Of a stretch of 64,000 bases of DNA, positions 38,247 to 49,599 are shown piece after piece; the first letter of the stretch is position 1; each line of letters begins with the position of its first letter. The notes beneath the pieces were generated by a model. It saw only the letters and a list, made by a program, of their open reading frames with translations. It was not told where the DNA came from and did no database searches. This stretch comes from Octopus sinensis. Taxonomy: Eukaryota. The position numbers and the translations under genes were made by a program. The stretch spans positions 29,822,001 through 29,886,000 of the forward strand of contig NC_042998.1 of NCBI RefSeq assembly GCF_006345805.1, written 5' to 3'.

Positions 38247-38287
<41 letters not shown>

Positions 38288-41200
38288 GTGTCTATGCATT
38301 TATATGTATGCAGGTATGAGTGTATATGTTTGTTAACTGTATGTTTTCACGTACTTACGTAGGCGTAAAAAAGTAAGACGATAAAATATTTTATTACAAT
38401 TATTAAAAAAAATAACAGTCATGTCTTTCAAGATCAAAAAGATTGTTAAATATAAATATATCTGAAGAAGGCGGGATGATTCAAATTTATCTTTCTATAA
38501 GTGTAACAGGAATTGTTCATATGATGTTTTGCCGGAGGCATTAGTGAAATAGATGAACTAGTTTCGATTTATGAGCTCTCAGTTTATGATCGTATTTCCA
38601 CACCACAATATCCAACATTTCTTTATATGTTTTGATAACTTTCATTGAATATGATTTAACAAACAAATATTCTGCATTTCTTTTTCTTTTTATTTTTCAT
38701 TTCTTTTCCATTTTAATATAAAGCAAAACATACCACACAAAAGAAATATATTATAATAAATTTGTGGGTAAGATGAAGAAAGTAAAAAGGAAAAATTCAA
38801 ATCAAACCTTGGAAACCAACAACAAATGTAATTTCATTGCCCTTTTCTTGGGTCTAGTTATTTTGATTATACAACCATTATTAAAAAAAGAGAAAATATT
38901 TGAAACCATAGATTTGGATTCTTCTTCTTTTTCATTTACATTAAAACAATATTCAGAAAAAGATGAATATATATATATATATATTATATATATATATATA
39001 TATTATCTTTATAAATTTTCAATATTAATAACAACAAAAAAATATATGCGTATATATGAAATTATATATACATAAATACGTAATGTATGTTTTTGTTTAT
39101 AATTCAACTTACATTAATAACAAGCTTATATATATACATAATTTTTTAAAAACATCTTTCGATTAGTAAGATATTTAAAAAAAAGGGAAAATATGAAATA
39201 ACGCCATAAATATGGAAGTTTCCACATTACTCGTAAACGATTTGGTGACATGTCTAAATTTAGCACTTAATCTGCAAGGATTGCTGTATAGTTATACTCC
39301 CTTTCTGCAGTTATTTTCTTCATGAATATTAACCGTTATTTAGCTGTTAAGATTTCAAAACGAAATGCCGATTATTCTTTTCTTAATTCTAATGTATTTT
39401 TTTTTGTCGTGGTGCCATGGCCAAAATATTTTATTCCCAAAAGAAACTAAACCCACTTCATCATCACAACGAAGAACACTTCAATGCTACAAATAGTGGA
39501 GTCCTATTAATTAGCATGTGTTTAATGAGTTGCAGATATGACAAACTCCATCTAAATGTCTATCATTTAGGAACGTATGATCTACACCGTGGCTGAGATG
39601 TCTGTAGATGTTATTGATATTAGATATGAGAAATATCAAACAGAAAAAAAGGAAACATTCCTACCTCCTTCTGTATGTCCAGTCACTTTAAGCATAATTT
39701 CCTTCTTTGTCAATGTAATACATTCTTCCTATTTAAAGGGTCAACGTTAGTCCACTAAACTTATTCACAAGTAAGTTTATTGTGACTTCCTTTATTCTTT
39801 ATTTAATTTTTGTTCGAGAAATTACTAGTGACGTAAATGAAGTGAAGAGGTTTCAACAAGTAAACAATGAGTGATACTACAGCTGAATATTCTTAATGAT
39901 GTTTGGAGAGAAACTTTCTCCACTGGTTGGAAACTAATGTTGATATTGTCAGTAAATGGGAGTAATGATTGTGTCATTAGATTACAAAAATTCATTTACC
40001 AGAAAAGGTAAATTTACCTGCAATTCAAAGACTTTCCTTAGAACCGTTAGAAAATGAGTTTATCTGATAACCAAAGATAATTTACCGACTTGTTTCTGCT
40101 ACATTTTACCAATGGTAAATAAGATATCTCTTGAGTGAGAGGTGTCAAGTGTCCCAACTAACGGCAGGTACGAACAGAAAAATTAAATGAAAAAAATCAA
40201 TCAAAAGAGAAACTGCTGGAAAATCGACTTTCTTGGGACCATTATACTTCAGTGCAACATATTTATTTTTATAAGGGCTGCATTTCAATAGAAATCAAAA
40301 TTGGATACAGGTTTCTTTTTCATCAACAATTAGCGGTTTATTATTTTACTGTTGTTCCCCACCGATTAATATTGCTTTGAGCATTGAGGGAGAAGACTCA
40401 AGATTAACTATGATATTTAGACATTTCTGAAAGGCAGTGGGAGAAAATCATCAATTGGCGTTTAAGATAAACGCATGTATTAAATTCACAAAATATACAA
40501 GACTAAACCACCATTCACCTGTCAGAATATTCATGGAAAGTCGGGGATGATCTTAATGAAGGAAGAACAGTAATTTTCATTTTACCGAAATAGAAATAAT
40601 GAAGTTACTTTATATACTTTAACTTGTAATACTCACCCACGTAATTAGTATTTATATATTTTAGATATTTATCTATAGATATGGTTTCTTGTGTAGCATA
40701 ATTGCAAAAGATCAAACAAGTCTGAGCATAAGCAATGAATCAGAAAGTTGTTACAAAATAAACAACAAATTTTTAAGAATAATGATATTAAAAGAAAATG
40801 GGGGCGTAGGTGTAAAAAATATAAAGAGGCTAAAAATGGAATAAAATGCTGGATAAGAAACAATGATTAAAAATCTACAAAGATTATCAGTTAAAAGCGA
40901 AACTATTGCTCATTAACAATGATTTCTATCATTCAGTCTTCTCCAAATAATCACTAATTACAATAACGATTACCAAAGTTTACTAATTTTCTTTCATTCC
41001 TTTCCGTTTCTGTATTCTTTACTCAAAGCCAATGTATTTTATAACGTAATTATCTGTGCGTATGTGTTTGTGAATGTCTCAGTTTCAGCAAGAAATGATA
41101 ATGATGATGGTGATTGTGATGAACGTAAAGGTGGTAGTGAAGGAGGTGATGATGCTCCTTGCATTCTTGGAAGTGAACGGAGCTTAAGGAATTCTATAAA

Positions 41201-41524
41201 TAATCCTATCCGTATTTTCTAGCATCATTGTATATGGAATATGTAATACAAAACCAACAGCACAATACTCGTTCTCTCTGTAGTATAAACGTGCATCAGC
41301 ACCAAACACACTCACATACGTGTGTGTGTGTGAGAAAGGCTTCTTTGTGTTTCCCACTACTAAATCCACTCACAAGATTTCGGTCGGCCTGAGCCTGTAG
41401 TAAAAGACACCGAAGGTGCCACGCAGTGGAATTGAGCCTAGAACCAGGTAGTTAGGAATCAAGATTTTTACATAAATGCATATATACGAGTGTGTTCCTA
41501 CATACGTGTGTGTGTGTATATATA

Positions 41525-42071
41525 CAGGGTTATTCAAAAAGAACGAACCGATTTCATTACGCAATATTTTAATAAGGAAAAGCAATAGAAAACTCCAGCT
41601 AAGTCACAAGTATTTTCTCACAATCAACTTTTATTTCTTGTCTTACAAGTGTTCAATGTGCCCCTCCCCCTGCAGCACGGGGAACATCAATGCGATACGA
41701 AAATTCTTTCTAGGCGCGTATCAGCATATCACGGCCCACTGAGTGTAGGATCCACTATCTGTGATGTTTTTCTTGTGGGGGTATATCAAAAAAAATTGCC
41801 GTTATGCTCCACCGCTACCCATTAACATCGACCTTAAACGTCGAATAACAACAGCGATCAACTTAGCGGATCATGATATGTTGATATGTCGCTTGTAGGA
41901 ATTCTCTTATCGCATTGATGTTGCCCGTGCTGCAGGTGGTGGCCACATTGAACACTTCTTAGACAGGAAATAAAAGTCGATTGTGAGTAAATACTTGTGA
42001 CTAAGCTGGAGTTTTCTATTGCTTTTTCTCATTAAATTAGTGTAATGAAATCGGTTCATTCTTTCTGAATA

Positions 42072-42077
<6 letters not shown>
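41525..42077. mobile_element. Tc1/mariner-derived palindromic element, arms of about 220 bp including the transposase C-terminus
   Basis: TA|cagggttattcaaaaaga ... tctttctgaataaccct. Core FFLWGYIK..APPLPINIDLKRRITTAI..YRIDVARAAGGGHIEHF; the last ~35 codons also appear inverted in the left arm. Confidence 0.88.
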
Positions 42078-42109
<32 letters not shown>

Positions 42110-42112
<3 letters not shown>

Positions 42113-42452
42113 CGTGGCTGTGGTAACAAGCTTGTTTCTCAACCACATTCTTCCGGATTCAATCCTACTGCGTGGCATCTTGGGCAAGTGTCTTCTGTAT
42201 ATGGAAACTGAATGAAACCCGTCGTACATATGTGTATATGTTATCTTTGTGTTTTGTCCCCTCCCCCGCCATCGCTTGACAATTGAAGTTGCTATGTTTA
42301 CATCTCCATAACTTAGCAGTACGGCGGAAAGATCCGGTAGAATAAGCACTAGACTGACAAAGAATAAATACTGGGGTCAATTTGTTCGACTAAAAACCCT
42401 TTAAGGCGGTGCTCCAATATAGCCGTAATCAAAAGACAAACAAATAAAAGAC
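42110..42452 (+). mobile_element. SINE family B (internally deleted)
   Basis: gcgtggctgtggt...tcttgggcaagtgtcttc...aaggcggtgctcca...aataaaagac. Confidence 0.8.
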
Positions 42453-42486
42453 TATATCTTCATATATACATGTCATATATATATAT

Positions 42487-42683
42487 AAGTTAATCCAAAC
42501 ATGAAAACACAAAGAGAAAACACAACAACGCGAGGACGTGGAACAAATATAGTATTATTGGACGCTCAGGAAGGAAGGGAAGAAGGAGGGTTTAACGTTT
42601 CGAGCGGAGCTCTTCGTCGGATACATAGGAGAAGGAAAGATACAGAGGGGAACAAAATCGCCAACGGTACACACGCGGTCACA
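42487..42683 (-). mobile_element. Penelope-like terminal repeat, copy 2, with hammerhead-like motif
   Basis: Minus strand gtatCCGACGA-A-GAGC(tcc)GCTC-GAAACGTT-aaac (42591-42625). Confidence 0.65.
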
Positions 42684-42689
42684 TTTTGA

Positions 42690-42728
<39 letters not shown>

Positions 42729-43020
42729 CACTTCTATCATATATCCTAAAACAATCCACATTCTAAAACAGTAATGTATTTATATGCAGTTAAGTTTATG
42801 CCCGGTCATACATAGATGGCCTAGCTTTTGCATACTTGTGAAATAATACTGTGCTGTTTGAGTGATAGACGTTTTCCATGTTTCAGCGAAATTAAATTCG
42901 ATTTGACAGAATATAAAATAGTTCTTGTTTAGTAAACGCTTATTTAATTTAGGAAGTATGCAAAAAGCTAGTTAGAAATAATGCGCCAAACATAAAAACG
43001 ATAAATAATTATTTCAAAGT

Positions 43021-43468
43021 TTTACCACAAGGGCAGCTTGGGATGAGTCGATTACATCGAGTCCAGTGCATAACTGGTACTTATTTTATCGGCCCCGAAA
43101 GGATGAAAGGCAAAGTCGACCTCGGTGGAATTTGAACTCAGAATGTAGCGACGAGTGAAGTACCCCTAAGCATTTCGTCCATCGTGATAACGATTTTGCT
43201 AGCTCACCACCTTAGTAAAAATACTATATAATATTTTTCTTTATTGTCCTCAGGGTACTAAACACAGAAGAACAAACAAGGACAGACAAACGGATTAAGT
43301 CGATTACATCGACCCCCAGTGCATAACTGGTACTTATTTTAATCGACCCCGAAAGGATGAAAGGCAGAGTCGACCTCGGCAGAATTTGAACTCAGAACGT
43401 AACGCCAAACGAAATACCGCTTAGCATTTCGCCCAGCGTGTTAACCTTTCTGCCAGCTTGCCGCCTTA
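43021..43468 (-). mobile_element. Two adjacent SINE A copies
   Basis: Two cores and two heads on the minus strand. Confidence 0.85.
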
Positions 43469-44508
43469 GTAAAAACAATAAAGAGCATTGGACATTGAGT
43501 AACATTTTGCTATTTATCTACAATACTTTATATTCTATGTTGGAATCCAACTGAATTCGAACTTGCCTTCTATCGCTCCAGTGTCGGTAAAGAGTGTTCC
43601 TTAAATATATAACTTTCAAAATAAAAAAGAACACTGCATTATAATTATTCAACCTCTATTGAAATAATTTTAATTATTTAGTCTTTATGGAAATAACAGA
43701 AGAATGTTTCATATAAGTTCGACCGCGAAAGTTATTTCTCCATTTCAAATTAGTGAAAAAAAAAAATAATAGACTAAATATATAACCATGTAAGGGTGAA
43801 CGCAGCTTGATGAAGAAATATAGGCCTATTTAGGGAATAAAGAACTCAGAAATGCCATCCTCTTCAAAAATATTACTCGACTAAGACTTAATATAGTAGT
43901 GCAATTTTCATGCTTTGCAATTTATTATATATCCTAAATATATCCCAATCTTGGTTCTGTGGTTAGAAATTGCTACTCAACTACATGTTTCCGGGTTCAG
44001 TTTGACTGCGCAGCAGCTTAGGCGAGTATCTTCTACTGTAGCCTCAGGCCTTAAAAGTGGATTTGATAGACGTAAATATACATTTCTGTGTATGTGTCTT
44101 TATGTCTGTCCACCAGCACGGTTTCGTTAAAAGGGTTAATAGAATAAGGACTAGACATGAAAATAATAAGTACTGGGATCGATTCAGTCCACGAAAAATT
44201 CTTTGAAGAAATCCCACAGCCTGACCTCAGACTGATGACTGAGAAAAGAAAAAAAAAGTTAAGATATCCATCGCTACATCTGTCGTTATGCTTAGACATA
44301 TCCCTATTGTGTAATCGTCTGTATATACACATAGAACAAAGGATTCAGAATTGGAAATAAGAACAGAAAAGTATATTGTGGTTGCAATAAGTCCTAAGGC
44401 CAGATGAGACCAGACGAATGAACAAAGACAAGTTGCGACAATATCACTGATTTATTAGAACAAAAGATCTATTACCTAATACATCTTTTAGTATTTAAGA
44501 GACACAGT

Positions 44509-44910
44509 AAGGCGGCGTGCTGGCCGAATCGCCAGCACGCCGGGCGAAATGCGCAGCAGTTTTTCGTCTGCCGCTGCTTTCTGAATTCAAATTCCGCCGA
44601 GGTCGACTTTGCCTTTCATCCTTTCGGGGTCGATTAAATAAGTACCAGTTACGCACTGGGATCGATATAATCGACTTAATCCGTTTGTCTGTACTTGTTT
44701 GTCCTCTCTGTGTTTGACCCCTTGTGCGTAGTAAAGAAATAAGTATTTCGACCGCTTGTACGTTCTGAGTTCAAATTCCGCCGGGGTCGACTTTGCCTTT
44801 CATCCTTTCGGAGTCGATAAATTGAGTACCAGGTTCATATTGGGGTAGATCATATCGACTGGCCCCCTCTCCCAAAATTTCCAGCCCTGATCCTATAGTA
44901 GAAAGGATAA
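44509..44910 (+). mobile_element. SINE A dimer
   Basis: Same layout as 7927-8330. Confidence 0.88.
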
Positions 44911-45500
44911 AAGATATATATATATATAAAATACTATATATGCATATGTATCGTATGTTTATAAGCGTAAGCACAGCCTCGAAAGATGCTGCCCTGCTAA
45001 GCGCGCAGGCTACAATTTACGTAGACCGAAACGACAGTCCGTCACAAGAGCTTTACATTTACAGCAGTGTGCAATCACCCGACGTGAAATGAAATGTTTT
45101 GGTCAAGAACACGATGCACTCCTGGTGTAAGGATCGAAAGCATAATCTCAAGTTTTCGAGTGCATCTCTCTATCAAACACATCATCAAAGAGGTGGCCAC
45201 ACATCTTCAAACACGCACACTCATTAATCAATTAAATTTGAAATTAGTCTGTTTTTCACGTTTTTTTCTTTTTTTGCAATACTTACACGTTTACGATATT
45301 GAAACAAACTAGTACTTTCATACGTTAGGCAATCATTAGGTTCATGTTGTGACAGTCGTATTCCACAATTGACAGCCTTATGATTGTGTAACGCACGAAA
45401 TTACTTGTGTGTTTCAACATCGTAAAATTGTAAATATTGCAAATAATAAAACGGGAAAATTAGACTAAGTTGGAATTTCATTGATTAATACATTCTACTA

Positions 45501-45740
45501 TGTGGAGGCACGTGGCTTGGTGGTTAGGGTGTCAACATCATGATCGTAAGATTGTGGTTTCGATTCCTGGACCGGTTGACGCGTTGTGTTCTTGAGCAAA
45601 ACACATTTCCCGTTGCTCCAGTCCACTCAGCCGGCAAAAATGAGTAACGCTGCGATGGACTGGTGTCCCGTCCAGCTGGGGAACACACACGTCATTGAAA
45701 CCGGGCCCATGAGCCTGGCTAGGCTTTAAAAGGGCGCATT
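45501..45740 (+). mobile_element. SINE head D + tail T4
   Basis: CORE-like gttcttgagcaaaacac..., then ctgcgatggactggtgtcccgtccagctgggg...gaaaccgggcccatgagcctggctaggc. Confidence 0.8.
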
Positions 45741-45748
45741 TATTATTT

Positions 45749-46010
45749 TGTGGAGGCTCAATGGTCCAGTGGTTAGGGCAGCGGACTCGCGGTCGGAGGA
45801 TCGCGATTTCGATTCCCAGACCGGGCGTCGTGTATATTTATTGAGCTCCGGCAGGGGTGGGGGGAGTGGCGACACTGTTGTACTCTTTCTCTCACTCTTC
45901 CTGTTTCTTGAGTATCGTTACGATGAACTGGCGTCCTGTCCAGCTGGGGGGGGGCACATACGCCACAGAAACCGGGCCCATGGGCCTGACTAGGCTTGAA
46001 AAGGTCCCAT
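45749..46010 (+). mobile_element. SINE head C + tail T4
   Basis: ggaggctcaatggtccagtggttagggcagcggactcgcgg... then cgatgaactggcgtcctgtccagctgggg...gaaaccgggcccatgggcctgactaggc. Confidence 0.8.
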
Positions 46011-46020
46011 AAATAAATAA

Positions 46021-46057
<37 letters not shown>

Positions 46058-46060
<3 letters not shown>

Positions 46061-46408
46061 GACGATTCAAAAGTCTCCATACATAGGAAACATTTATTTT
46101 TTTTATAAGAAACAGTTTATAAGGCCTCCTAGAATCCCTGATTTCTATCTTTGGGAGCATTTGAAAGGCATGATGTACCGCAGAAAGATAAAAGACATAA
46201 ATCATTTGAAGGAATGCATCACCAACTGATTTGCACACGTATCACCAGATGTGATATTATGAGTTCATAATGAGTTGGGTAAACGTGTTGCAATGTTTAT
46301 TCAAAACAATGGTAACCATATAGAGCTTGTTAAAAAAATGTTCTTATAAACTGTTTCTTATAAAAAATATAAATTGTTCCTATGTATGGCGATTTTTGAA
46401 TCACCCTC
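46058..46408 (+). mobile_element. Non-autonomous Tc1/mariner derivative, TIRs of about 65 bp
   Basis: caggacgattcaaaagtctccatacatagg / cctatgtatggcgatttttgaatcaccctc; internal PDFYLWEHLKGMMYRRK..NHLKECIT..NNGNHIE. Confidence 0.85.
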
Positions 46409-46419
46409 GATTAATAAAA

Positions 46420-46889
46420 GATAGAAGATACGAAAATGTTTATTGATCACTGCAGTTGTTTCGACCAATCTAGCATCGATTCCTCATAGGTGGGGTACAG
46501 AACATCTGGTTTAGGTGTAGCAGTCGGTGTAGGAGTGTCTCCTCAGGTGACAAGATATATTTCGTTAAAATAACGTCAGTTTCACAAGGTTTCTTCTTGG
46601 TAGGTGTATACAAAAGCAGCAACTTAAGGAATACAGCTTCATTATTATAGAAGACCAATAACAAATTTGATTTGCGAAAAGAAATAAATGCACAATATAG
46701 CGGAAAAATATTAGATATATTTAATTGCTACTTTTGCATACAGATACCAAGAAGAACTCTTGCGGAACAGACACATCTGCACCGACGAATACATGTAAAC
46801 CAGACATTCAGTATCCGACCTACGAAGGATCGATGCTATATGGGACAAAACAAATGTGGTGATCAATAAACATTATCGTGTCTTCCATC
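46420..46889. repeat. About 470-bp imperfect palindrome, probably inverted Penelope-like termini
   Basis: gatagaagatacgaaaatgtttattgatcac...agcatcgat is mirrored by atcgatgct...gtgatcaataaacattatcgtgtcttccatc; homology continues inward to about 46640/46700. Confidence 0.82.
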
Positions 46890-46990
46890 ATCCATCTCTT
46901 TCATGAATCAAATACTCAACAAACTCTAAGAAACTGAACGTGCTTAGTTGATAAACTACCAGGTTTATACAATAGGATTTATTTACCTAT

Positions 46991-47154
46991 AGGCGCAGGA
47001 GTGGCTGTGTGGTATGTAGCTTGCTTACCAACCATATGGTTCTGGGTTCAGTCTCACTGCATGGCAACTTGGCCAAGTGTCTTCTGCTATAGCCTCGGAC
47101 TGATCAAAGCTTTGTGAGTGGATTTGGTAGATGAAAACTGAAAGAGACCCGTCG

Positions 47155-47191
<37 letters not shown>

Positions 47192-47404
47192 ATGTTCACG
47201 TGTGTTTGTGTTTGTTGACCAACATCGCTTGACCACCGATTCTGGTGTGTTTACGTCCCGTAACCTAGCGGTCCGGCAAAAATGACCGATAGAGTAAGTA
47301 CTAAGATAACAAAGAATAAGTCCTGGGGTCGAGTTGCTCGACTAAAGGCGGTGCTCCAGCATGGCCGCAGTCAAATGACTGAAACAAATAAAAGAATAGA
47401 AAGA

Positions 47405-47406
<2 letters not shown>
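46991..47406 (+). mobile_element. SINE family B, full length
   Basis: aggcgcaggagtggctgtgtgg...gaaacaaataaaagaatagaaaga. Confidence 0.9.
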
Positions 47407-47479
<73 letters not shown>

Positions 47480-48239
47480 AAAAAATCTACCGTTATATTG
47501 AATAGAGTATTGCCAGTAGATCAGACGTATAATCGTATTGTTTCAGTATACTGTGAAAAATGTTTATAAATCCTATAATTATTCCATATAACGCTACTAT
47601 GAATCTTCAATTGACCTGGTTTAAATTGTCACAATTGACCAATGTATTTGGTGGATTGGTTGTCATATTTCTATTAAAAATTTCCAAATGAATAATGAAA
47701 TTGTTATACACACACACGTAGCCACCACACATACATACATTTATAAATACGTACGTACATACATACATACAAATGGCGCCGTCAGCATCAGATGTTTTAA
47801 AGAGGGCTTTTGGAAATTTGTTTTTGAACGTTTTCTTTTTCACTTACGCCAACTCCTCCACTCTACATCAGTCACTGTTTTATTTATCCATTTATAAATA
47901 AGAGAAACAAAGCATTATTCATAGAGCATTTTGAAAAAGTACACCTTATACTGTGGGAAATTTTGCTAACACGATCATGAATGAAAATACGAGCACTACC
48001 ACAGACGAAAACGGCACTTCAGAATCAGTAAGCCATCTAAGATGTAAATAATCCTCTGATGTTACTTAGATTCTACCACTAAACAAAAATTTATGAATCG
48101 ATCCATAAAGGATATATAAAGCAGTTGAAAAAATTCTGGTACGCAGATCACCACAACTCCATCAAATTTACTGCGAAATAGCTTCAGTCACAAGTATCTT
48201 TGTTTAAATAAAGGACTTGTAGCATTGCCAATAGCGGTA

Positions 48240-48640
48240 CTGGCAACAGAGATCTTTTTATTAGCTATTATTTTCGAGTGTCGTTGGGAGCAGAAGACTG
48301 AGGTGATTAGTGTTTCTACAGTTGTAGCATCGAACGCATCTACCTTTCACTAACAACTGCAGTTGCCGCCCTTTGGGTAATTATGAGTCGGTTGGGAGCG
48401 AGCTTCTTACGAGATAGCCATGTCTGCGCCTACATATTTAAAAAGAAAAGTTATACTGGACACTGTATTCCGATTTTCGTTTTTCCCTTTTTTTCTATCA
48501 AGAGGAATATAAAGGAAATCGGAATAGTGTCCAATAGAACTGTTACAAAAGGGTTGCTTCCTTGGCATGACCAGAATAATCAAGAAAGATTGCTGGAAAG
48601 AACAGATAGCATGGGTAGCAGGAGTTACAACAAAACCTGA
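48240..48640 (-). mobile_element. Very decayed ORF1(gag-like) fragment, possible fourth ORF1-only copy
   Basis: Minus strand LPKGRQLQLLVKGRCVRCYNCRNTNHL (about 48298-48380) parallels VLRVRVEGRILRCFNCSQKGH of copy 2. Confidence 0.45.
48449..48541. ncRNA. Candidate pre-miRNA-like hairpin (unverified)
   Basis: Arm agttatactggacactgtattccgattt pairs with aaatcggaatagtgtccaatagaact (24 of 26 positions plus a 2-nt bulge). No expression evidence. Confidence 0.35.
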
Positions 48641-48883
48641 GATGAAAATAAAATAAGAATTAGTGTGAGCTAAAACACTATTTATTTCCAGATGATGGTA
48701 GAAATATATACCTATACAGGTATATATGTGTGTGTATGTGTAAATAGATAGATAGATAATATAGATATAAATACTATAGATATGTACATATAAATGTATA
48801 GACACAATTTATATATATATGTATATATATGTGTGTGTATGTGTGTGTTTCTATATGTATTTATATGAACAATTGCAGCGTGC

Positions 48884-49072
48884 AGCACGAAGTATCGCCA
48901 GTGAACAGGTCGCGGTTTCAAAGCGACGAAAATATTTTGACACAAAATAAATTTAAATGTTCAAATGAAACTAACGTTTAAATGGTTCACAAACATCAAC
49001 CGCACTACAATTGTTTTTGTTGTAGCACACGATTTCACTTCAAGTCACTTATGCAAGTACATTTCCGTAATA
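48884..49072 (+). repeat. Unclassified ~200-bp repeat, copy 1
   Basis: agcacgaag...cagtgaacagg...aaagcga.gaaaatattttgaca...ccgtaatat; aligns to 52353-52558. Confidence 0.8.
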
Positions 49073-49599
49073 TTTATAAGCGTATATATATAAAAATTAT
49101 ATCCATGTCATATATATATATATATATTGTATTATATGCTTGATAGATAGATAGCTGACAAATGTGCACATGTTTATATGTATACATATAAATACCTGCG
49201 TACTTATAGTAAGTATCTAAAAGTAGAATGTAATAGATTATTTAGACTGATCCAAGTCCTATTTATTTTTTTGTCTCTCCCGCAACTGTTGCCGGTTATA
49301 AAACTACAAAATAAATAAAGAACGCTTTCATATACTAGTTTCTCTCAGAGCCAGAGACATATGTCTTTATTTTGTCTATACTTGACCAAACGGTGTGATT
49401 TGTTGCCTGGACGAGTGACTGACAGAGGATTTACTCATCATATATTATAAAGTATACTGTGTATTGAATCCCAGAGAAAGTATTAAGCTAATGACACACC
49501 CATGCAATATTTATGTAGGTGCATCTCTTGGTATGAGTTCCTAAATAAATCATAAAATAGAAGATATTCGATAAAACCTTCGTTTATTTTGCTCCTTTT

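Noticed and set aside
38556-38582. Further hammerhead-like strings (minus-strand ctgagag...GAAACTAGTT here; also about 21195-21235 and 44985-45040)
   Set aside because: The core box is incomplete and stems I/II do not pair convincingly; cannot be distinguished from chance without a consensus.
38764-39075. 103-aa ORF with a hydrophobic stretch
   Set aside because: Runs into a TA tract, has AT-biased composition and no recognisable homology.
48407-48805. Minus-strand ORF with a good acceptor (tttcatctcag) near 48636 as a host exon
   Set aside because: The peptide is unrecognisable and the adjacent frame shows a gag-like knuckle, so a decayed retroelement explains the region better.
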